Assembly (NCBI GenBank): GCA_016703105.1
Contig: JADJCS010000020.1
Location: 112,529 to 176,528, forward strand
DNA length: 64,000 bases
Direction: 5' to 3'
Source: Flavobacteriales bacterium
GTDB taxonomy: Bacteria > Bacteroidota > Bacteroidia > Flavobacteriales_F > PHOS-HE28
Shown: positions 57,863 to 64,000 of the stretch, piece after piece
Layout: each line of letters starts with the position of its first letter
How positions within the stretch are numbered: the stretch's first letter is position 1
Position numbers and translations under genes: made by a program
Notes under the pieces: generated by a model
Databases searched by the model: none
Told to the model about the DNA's origin: nothing
Seen by the model: the letters and a program-made list of their open reading frames with translations, nothing else

Positions 57863-58383
57863 GCCCGTTCACGCCCCGACCTGCGCGCGAGGAGTTGTAC
57901 CAATAGGCAAAGCACCAACGTGAAAACCCCGCTGGTGAGCGCTCGAAGAAAGGTGGAGAAGAAGCGATCGAAGCGGTGCAGTTCGAAAAGGAAAAGCCAG
58001 AGATGGTGTACCAGCACCAATACACCCGCGTAGGTCAGGAACCAGGAGAAGCCCATGTGCTGCGTGTCCGGGCGCATGCCGAACTCATAGCCTTCGCGCG
58101 GGGCAAGAAGGCGTTGCCAGAAGGACCGCACGTACATCATGACCAGGCAGGCGGTGGTGTGCATGCCGGCGGTGTTGTTGAACAGGTCCATCGCGCCTCC
58201 CAGGAGACCGCCGATCATGAGCAAGGCCCAGGCGGGCAGTTCAAAGGGCAACAACAAGAGGGCGAGCACATACAGATAGGGGATCATCCATCCGTTGGCC
58301 ACGTCGAGGTGGTCCAGGACCAGGATCTGCAGCGCCAGCAGCAACAGGACACGAAGGATGTTGGAGAGGACCGTGCCGATCAT
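57859..58383 (-). CDS. mreD: rod shape-determining protein MreD
   Basis: 174-aa polytopic membrane protein sitting between mreC and mrdA. Confidence 0.8.
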   Translation of the reverse strand: MIGTVLSNILRVLLLLALQILVLDHLDVANGWMIPYLYVLALLLLPFELPAWALLMIGGLLGGAMDLFNNTAGMHTTACLVMMYVRSFWQRLLAPREGYEFGMRPDTQHMGFSWFLTYAGVLVLVHHLWLFLFELHRFDRFFSTFLRALTSGVFTLVLCLLVQLLARRSGRERA

Positions 58384-59210
58384 GGTCGCACCACTTGGGC
58401 CTCTAGGCTATCGCGTTCCATTTTGGCCAGGTCCTTCACCACATAGACCGGTCCGCTGCGTGTGAGGTCCTCGGTGAGGCGCACGGTGATCGTATGGTAG
58501 TTACTGCTCGGGTCGTTGCGCAGTTCCGTGACCACCCCCACCGGAATGCCTGGCGGGAAGATGCCATCGCCGCCGCGGGTCACCAACGTGTCGCCGTGCT
58601 TCACAGGCGCATGCTTGCCGATGTCCACGACCGATGCGGTGCGCGGGTCGCCGGTATCCCAGCTCAGTAAGCCGAAGTGCCCGGAACGCGGAAGCACCAC
58701 ACTGGTGTTCAGTTCAGGGTCCAGCACGCTCACCACCACGCTGAAGCGTGGACCCGCGGCGCTCACCACGCCTACGATCCCATCCGTGCCGATCACGCCC
58801 ATGTCAGGACCAACACCGGCCTGGGTGCCTTTATCCAGTGTAAGGGTATTGCGCTGCCGGTGTGTGGTGCTGTTCACCACGCGTGCGGCCAGCATGTCGT
58901 ACCGCACTTCGTGTATCGTGTCCTGGAACGCGATGAAGCGGCTGTAGACAGGGGCGTAGGAGGTGCGATCGCGGCGGCGCAGGTCCGCGTTCTCATTGGC
59001 CAGGCGGAGGTTCACATCGCGCAGGGAGGTGAACTCCGTGATGTCGGTGCGCCAGGCGTACACCCGTCCGACCGCTGTGTTGGCGGTGCCCACCGCATGG
59101 GCACGGTGATGCTCATTGCCTGCTATGGTCCAGGCGTAGGAGAGAGCCATCAACACCAGAAAGAGCAAGGTGTTGCGGATCTTGAAAAGGAAGCGGAAAA
59201 GATCGCGCAT
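58380..59210 (-). CDS. mreC: rod shape-determining protein MreC
   Basis: MRDLFRFLFKIRNTLLFLVLM anchor, ...VVTRGGDGIFPPGIPVG... ATG 59210 is preferred over the GTG at 59231. Confidence 0.88.
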   Translation of the reverse strand: MRDLFRFLFKIRNTLLFLVLMALSYAWTIAGNEHHRAHAVGTANTAVGRVYAWRTDITEFTSLRDVNLRLANENADLRRRDRTSYAPVYSRFIAFQDTIHEVRYDMLAARVVNSTTHRQRNTLTLDKGTQAGVGPDMGVIGTDGIVGVVSAAGPRFSVVVSVLDPELNTSVVLPRSGHFGLLSWDTGDPRTASVVDIGKHAPVKHGDTLVTRGGDGIFPPGIPVGVVTELRNDPSSNYHTITVRLTEDLTRSGPVYVVKDLAKMERDSLEAQVVRP

Positions 59211-59281
59211 GCTGTTCTCTGCTGTCCGCACACCCGCACCGCCGCATGCCGGTCCGGGCGTAATGTGTCACGCCCCTGCCG

Positions 59282-60307
59282 TCATTCCCGCATCAGGAAC
59301 TGGAACCGGTCGATGTTCTTCAACGCGATGCCCGTGCCGCGTGCCACCGCCCGGAGCGGATCCTCGCTCACATGCACCGGTAGTTTCGTCTTGATGCTGA
59401 TCCGTTTGTCCAGCCCGCGGAGAAGGGCCCCGCCACCGGCCATATAGATGCCGGTCTTGTATATGTCCGCGCTCAGTTCCGGGGGGGTGGCCTCCAAGGC
59501 GCTCAGGATGGCCTCTTCGATCTTGCTGATGCTCTTGTCAAGCGCCTGCGCGATCTCCGAGTAGGTGACCGTGATCTCCTTGGGTATACCGGTCATCAGA
59601 TCACGCCCGCGCACGGCATAGTCGGGCGGCGGGTTCTCCAGTTCGGTCATCGCGGCGCCCACTTCGATCTTAATCGTTTCGGCCGTGCGCTCACCCACCA
59701 GGATGTTGTGCTGACGACGCATGTACTCCTCGATGTCCTGGGTGAACTCATCCCCGGCAACGCGGATGTTCTTGTCGCACACGATACCCCCCAGCGCGAT
59801 CACCGCGATCTCCGAGGTTCCTCCGCCGATATCGATGATCATGTTGCCCATGGGCTCTTCCACATCGATCCCGATGCCGATCGCCGCGGCCATGGGTTCG
59901 TGGATCAGGTAGACCTCCTTCGCGCCCGCGTGCTCCGCACTGTCCCGCACGGCGCGCTTCTCCACTTCGGTGATGCCGCTCGGAATGCAGATCACCATAC
60001 GCAGGTTCGGGGAGAACAACTGTCGACCGGGCTTGATCATCTTGATCATCCCTTTGATCATCTCTTCGGCGGCCTGGAAGTCCGCGATCACACCATCGCG
60101 CAGCGGCCGCACGGTTTTGATGTTCTCGTGCGTCTTGCCGTGCATCTGCTGGGCCTGGCGGCCGATGGCGATGACACGCCCGGTGGTACGGTCCACCGCC
60201 ACAATGCTCGGTTCGTCCACCACCACCTTGTCATTATGGATGATCAAGGTGTTGGCCGTACCGAGGTCGATCGCGATCTCCTGGGTGAAGAAGTTGAACA
60301 AGCCCAT
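59282..60307 (-). CDS. mreB: rod shape-determining protein MreB
   Basis: IAIDLGTANTLI, DIGGGTSEIAVI, full-length actin-like ATPase. Confidence 0.96.
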   Translation of the reverse strand: MGLFNFFTQEIAIDLGTANTLIIHNDKVVVDEPSIVAVDRTTGRVIAIGRQAQQMHGKTHENIKTVRPLRDGVIADFQAAEEMIKGMIKMIKPGRQLFSPNLRMVICIPSGITEVEKRAVRDSAEHAGAKEVYLIHEPMAAAIGIGIDVEEPMGNMIIDIGGGTSEIAVIALGGIVCDKNIRVAGDEFTQDIEEYMRRQHNILVGERTAETIKIEVGAAMTELENPPPDYAVRGRDLMTGIPKEITVTYSEIAQALDKSISKIEEAILSALEATPPELSADIYKTGIYMAGGGALLRGLDKRISIKTKLPVHVSEDPLRAVARGTGIALKNIDRFQFLMRE

Positions 60308-60316
60308 GCTGATGGG

Positions 60317-61824
60317 TCAGTGTTTGAAGTGTCGGTGACCGGTGAGGACCATGGCGATACCCAGTTCGTCACATGCTGTGATGCTCTCCTGATCACGCAC
60401 GCTCCCGCCAGGTTGCACTACGGCCGTGATGCCCGCTGTGGCGGCGATGGTGACGCAATCCGGGAACGGAAAAAAGGCATCGCTCGCCATCACCGCACCA
60501 TGTAGGTCGAAACCGAATTTGTGCGCTTTGGCGATGGCTTGTTCCAATGCGTCCACCCGACTGGTCTGGCCGGTGCCACTGGCGAGGAGTTGTGCATCCT
60601 TGGCAAGCACGATCGCATTGCTCTTGCTATGCTTCACCAGGATGTTCGCGAAGGTGAGGTCCTCCTGTTGCGCCGCCGAGGGGCCTTTTTCGTGACCGTT
60701 CGCATCCCATCGGATCGCACGAGCACTTGGTCGGCTCCTTGTTCGAGCCGTCCGTTCAGGACGGTACGCGACCTGATCGATGGGCGCTGGAAGGATCGGC
60801 GTTCCAAAATGATGCGGTTCTTCTTGTGGCGAAGGACCTCCAGCGCTTCCGGGTCGTAACCGGGAGCGGAGATGATCTCGAAAAAGATGGCGTCGATGGC
60901 TTCCGCAGTGGGCTTGTCGATGCGCGAGTTGGTGACCAATACACCACCGAACGCCGAGATCGGATCGGCCGCGAGGGACGCGTTCCAAGCCTCCTTCAGA
61001 GATGGCCGCACCGCCGCTCCGCAGGCGTTGTTGTGTTTGATGATGGCGAACGCATCGCCTTTCAGCGTGTCGAGATCATCGATGAGGTCCAGCGCTGCGT
61101 CCAGGTCCAACAGGTTGTTGTAGCTGAGCTCCTTGCCGTGCAATTGCGAGAAGAGCGCATCCAGATCGCCATGGAACGCAGCGTGCTGGTGCGGGTTCTC
61201 CCCGTACCGCAGCACATGTTCAGAGGCCGTCGCCCCGTTCTGGAACCAATCGCGGATGGCCCCGTCGTAACGTGCGCTCGCACCGAAGGCGAAAGCGGCG
61301 AGCGTTCTGCGTTCAGCCAGTGTTGTGGTACCGCCGTTCTCCAGGATCCGGGCGAGCTCGGGATACTGCTGGCGGTCGGAAATGATCACCACATCGGAAT
61401 GGTTCTTCGCGGCGGCACGGATCAAACTGATGCCGCCGATGTCGATCTTCTCGATGATCTCGGCCTCGCTCGCGCCGCTCGATACGGTCGCCTCGAAGGG
61501 GTAGAGGTCCACCACCACAAGGTCGATCGGGGGGATGGCATATTCCTCCAATTGCGCGACATCGCTCGCGAGGTCGCGACGTCCGAGGATGCCGCCGAAG
61601 ACCTTTGGATGCAGCGTTTTCACCCGGCCACCAAGGATGCTGGGATAGCTGGTAAGGTCCTCCACCGGAACCACGGGAACTCCCAACCCCTCAATGAACA
61701 CCTGGGTGCCGCCGGTGCTGTATAGAGTGATGCCCAGCCGATGGAGTTCATGGACAATGGGGCCGAGACCGTCCTTGTGGTAGACGGAGATCAATGCGCT
61801 CTGAATGCGCTTCTGCCCGCTCAA
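60317..61824 (-). pseudogene. purH: bifunctional AICAR transformylase / IMP cyclohydrolase PurH, reading frame broken once
   Basis: The N-terminal part (IQSALISVYHKDGL...STGGT...KTLHPKV...) is in the frame of track ORF 60634..61926. The C-terminal part (EDLTFANILVKHSKSNAIVLAK...GQTSRVDA...HRHFKH) is in the frame of 60317..60988. The frames meet at mRNA ACG-AAA-AAG-GCC-CCU (plus strand 60680-60691). The start is probably TTG 61824 (MSGQKRIQSALISV) or GTG 61836. Confidence 0.85.
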
Positions 61825-61969
61825 CGTGCCCTTCACGATCGATGGGCGCAAGTTTACGCTGCGCGGCACCCCGATCCGAGCGATAGTGGTCCACGTTGCC
61901 CAAAGGTTACGAACAGAGTTCCCCACGTTAGGCGCCGAAAGCCACGGTCTTGGCTATCGGGCATGATCC

Positions 61970-62965
61970 TTACTGGACCGAACGATCGTAATGTGCCACA
62001 AGTCCCAGGCGCTCGCGCACACGGCGTAACGTCGCATGGGCCACCGCACGCGCCTTGTTGGCACCCACGCTGAGCAGTCGATCGAGTTCCGCAGGGTCGG
62101 CCAGCAGGCGTTGGAACGTATCCCTTTCTGTTCTGAAGCCGTCCAGAAGTGCTTCGAGGAGCTCCTTCTTCGCGTGCCCGTAACCATATCCGCCCGCGAG
62201 ATAGTTGGCGCGCATCGTCGTCACGGCATGGGCAGGTGCGACCAAACGGAACAGTTTGAACACGTTGTCCGCCTCGGGCTCTTTCGGTGACTCCAGCGGC
62301 GTGCTATCGGTCACGATGGACATGACCTGCTTCTTAACCTCCTTTTCCGGTAGGAAGGGAACTATTGTGTTGCCGTAGCTCTTGCTCATTTTCTGCCCGT
62401 CCGTCCCGGGTACGGTCATCACTTCTTCCGCGATGCGGGCTTCGGGTGGTACGAGCACATCCCCGTGGGTGCGGTTGAAGGCGTTGGCTATGTCGCGCGT
62501 GATCTCGAGGTGCTGTCTTTGGTCCTTGCCGATCGGGACCACGTTCGCATCGTAGAGCAGAATGTCCGCTGCCATCAGCACGGGGTAATAGAACAACCCT
62601 GCGTTCACCTCGTGGAGACGTTCCTGCTTGTCTTTGAAGCTATGCGCGTTGGCGAGCATCGGATAAGGCGTCGAGCAACCCAGGTACCAGGTGAGTTCAG
62701 CTACCTCGGGCACGTCGCTTTGGCGATAGAAGGTGCATCGGTCGGTATCTAGGCCGCAGGCCACCCAAGCCGCGGCTACCGCATGGGTGTTGGCACGGAG
62801 CAGCTCGGCATCGCGGATCGTGGTGAGCGAGTGGAGGTCGGCAATGAACAGGAAGGCGTCATTGCCGGGGGTATCGCTCATTTCGATCGCTGGCCGGATC
62901 GCCCCCAGTACATTGCCCAGATGGGGGGTGCCTGTGCTCTGTATTCCAGTGAGGATGCGGGCCAT
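61970..62965 (-). CDS. trpS: tryptophan--tRNA ligase
   Basis: GIQSTGTPHLGNVLG (HIGH-type) and KMSKS. ATG 62965 is preferred over the track start at 63019. Confidence 0.93.
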   Translation of the reverse strand: MARILTGIQSTGTPHLGNVLGAIRPAIEMSDTPGNDAFLFIADLHSLTTIRDAELLRANTHAVAAAWVACGLDTDRCTFYRQSDVPEVAELTWYLGCSTPYPMLANAHSFKDKQERLHEVNAGLFYYPVLMAADILLYDANVVPIGKDQRQHLEITRDIANAFNRTHGDVLVPPEARIAEEVMTVPGTDGQKMSKSYGNTIVPFLPEKEVKKQVMSIVTDSTPLESPKEPEADNVFKLFRLVAPAHAVTTMRANYLAGGYGYGHAKKELLEALLDGFRTERDTFQRLLADPAELDRLLSVGANKARAVAHATLRRVRERLGLVAHYDRSVQ

Positions 62966-62997
62966 GGCTTCGAGGAAGGGCGGCGAAGTTAGGCGGT

Positions 62998-63005
62998 TAG
63001 CTTTG
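62998..63005 (+). promoter_or_regulatory. candidate -7 promoter box (TAGCTTTG)
   Basis: Exact TAnnTTTG, 20 nt upstream of ATG 63025. It argues against the TTG 63013 start in the track. Confidence 0.4.
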
Positions 63006-63024
63006 CGGCCCTTTGTCAAATGGA

Positions 63025-63837
63025 ATGAGCGAACATGTGCACCACGAACGGCCCGCCATCCGCGATGGTGAGGGTCGGCGGGTGCCGCTCTTCCGGTGGC
63101 TTTTCGCCCCGTTGCGCTTCGTCTACAAGGTGTGGTTCGCGCTCATGTTCTGGTCATCACTGCTCGTGCTCTACGTGCCTTTCAAGATCCTGCTCGGGAG
63201 GGAGCGGCGCTATCGCACCGCCTTTCGCCTGAAACGCGCCTGGGCCTTCTTCCTGCAATGGGCGGCACTGCTGCCACAGCGGGTCACTTGGAAAGGTCAC
63301 CTGCCCGATCCGCCGTACGTAGTGGTGAGCAATCACAGCAGCTACCTCGACATTGTGCAGATGTTCAACCTGGTCCCCGACTATTTCCTCATGATGGGGA
63401 AGTACGAGCTCCAGCGTTGGCCTTTGTTCCGCATCTTCTTCAAGCGGATGGATATAGCCGTGAACCGGGGCAGCAGGGTAGAGGCCGCCAAGGCCTTTCG
63501 ACGGGCCGCTGCGGCTATCGATCGCGGCGCCTGTGTGGTCCTCTTTCCAGAGGGTACCATTCCATTGACCGTCCCGCGCATGAAGCACTTCAAGGATGGG
63601 GCCCTGCGCCTGGCCATCGAAAAGCAGGTGCCCATCGTACCGGTCACGTTCCTCAACCATTGGCGTTTGTTCGGGGATCCCGAAGACCTCTTGAGCCGCG
63701 GGCACCCCGGGATCGCCAGGGCTGTGGTACACCCGGCCGTGGAGACCAGGGGTCTTACGGATGCCGATCTGGTAGTTTTGCGCCATCGCCTTTTCGACCT
63801 GATCGAAGCCCCCCTGCTGGAACATGAAGCTGGATGA
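63025..63837 (+). CDS. plsC: 1-acyl-sn-glycerol-3-phosphate acyltransferase
   Basis: HX4D motif (VVSNHSSYLDIV), FPEGT motif and an N-terminal TM segment. Confidence 0.8.
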   Translation: MSEHVHHERPAIRDGEGRRVPLFRWLFAPLRFVYKVWFALMFWSSLLVLYVPFKILLGRERRYRTAFRLKRAWAFFLQWAALLPQRVTWKGHLPDPPYVVVSNHSSYLDIVQMFNLVPDYFLMMGKYELQRWPLFRIFFKRMDIAVNRGSRVEAAKAFRRAAAAIDRGACVVLFPEGTIPLTVPRMKHFKDGALRLAIEKQVPIVPVTFLNHWRLFGDPEDLLSRGHPGIARAVVHPAVETRGLTDADLVVLRHRLFDLIEAPLLEHEAG

Positions 63838-64000
63838 TGCCACACTGGACCGCATCGCTGAACTCGCACGCCTCGACTTCAGCGACCCTGCCAGACGCGC
63901 CGCCATGTTGAAGGATATGGAGCGGGTGCTGGCTTTCGTGGAGAAGCTGAACGAGGTGGATACCTCGGGCGTGGAACCGTTGATCTTCATGACCGAGGAA
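63824..64000 (+). CDS. gatC: Asp/Glu-tRNA amidotransferase subunit C, N-terminal 59 codons (runs off the window end)
   Basis: Hand translation from ATG 63824 gives MKLDDATLDRIAELARLDFSDPARRAAMLKDMERVLAFVEKLNEVDTSGVEPLIFMTEE, the GatC signature. It overlaps the plsC 3' end by 14 nt. It is not in the ORF track because it has no stop in the window. Confidence 0.85.
   Translation, partial: MKLDDATLDRIAELARLDFSDPARRAAMLKDMERVLAFVEKLNEVDTSGVEPLIFMTEE

Noticed and set aside
56126-58033. 635-aa plus-strand ORF across mrdA/mreD. The same class includes 6812..7723+, 9753..10715-, 10585..11328-, 12180..12863-, 13329..14138-, 14172..15062-, 15091..15930-, 16769..17725-, 21177..22028-, 27081..27923-, 28121..29410-, 29376..30275-, 30324..31178-, 32135..33178+, 51635..52453-, 53211..54206-, 59708..60505+, 60727..61725+ and 63157..63990-.
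   Set aside because: Each is antisense or out of frame to a gene with clear family motifs. Long stop-free shadows are expected at this GC content.
1-64000. Search for CRISPR arrays, IS elements/transposases, integrases, phage genes, rRNA, toxin-antitoxin pairs or known defence systems.
   Set aside because: I found no regularly spaced short direct repeats. No ORF has recombinase, transposase, nuclease or defence signatures. The only RNA genes or elements found are tRNA-Phe and the SAM-I riboswitch.

Overview
This is a high-GC chromosomal segment of Bacteroidota type. The assignment rests on T9SS C-terminal sorting domains, TAnnTTTG -7 promoter boxes, gld/rem-like genes and a purH-mreBCD-mrdA-rodA string.

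I can support about 52 protein-coding genes. Two of them run off the window edges and are therefore missing from the ORF track: a multihaem cytochrome at 1..1635(-) and gatC at 63824..64000(+). I also support one tRNA-Phe(GAA), one SAM-I riboswitch with its own promoter box and terminator upstream of metH, and several hairpin terminators.

Most content is housekeeping:
- Cell wall and shape: PBP1A, HflX, and purH-mreB-mreC-mreD-PBP2-rodA.
- Respiration: a small cytochrome c, and a cytochrome-oxidase accessory cluster (haem O synthase, two CoxIII, CoxIV, SCO, DUF420).
- Sugar and sulfur metabolism: cysQ and gmd/fcl.
- Methionine: a split metH.
- Other core functions: tsaB, gpmI, coaX, lptC, a gldE-like CBS protein, a PpiD-like PPIase, trpS, plsC and gatC.

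The accessory-looking parts are:
- A 7.8-kb tandem triad of paralogous T9SS type-B surface proteins (37232..45003).
- A Wzi/RemB-like OMP - WecA-like transferase - OMP module (15202..19513).
- A cyclase-TPR-half-AraC fusion.
- An ATGA-coupled three-gene operon ending in a small protein built from 22-residue repeats (31623..35133).

I saw no rRNA, CRISPR array, transposase, integrase or phage genes.

One quality-or-biology flag needs read-level checking. Three conserved genes (a RemB-like OMP, DUF420 and purH) are each broken by a 1-nt frame change at a homopolymer, and the metH domain junction is scrambled across three frames.

Many long ORFs in the supplied track are antisense or out-of-frame shadows of real genes, as expected at this GC content.
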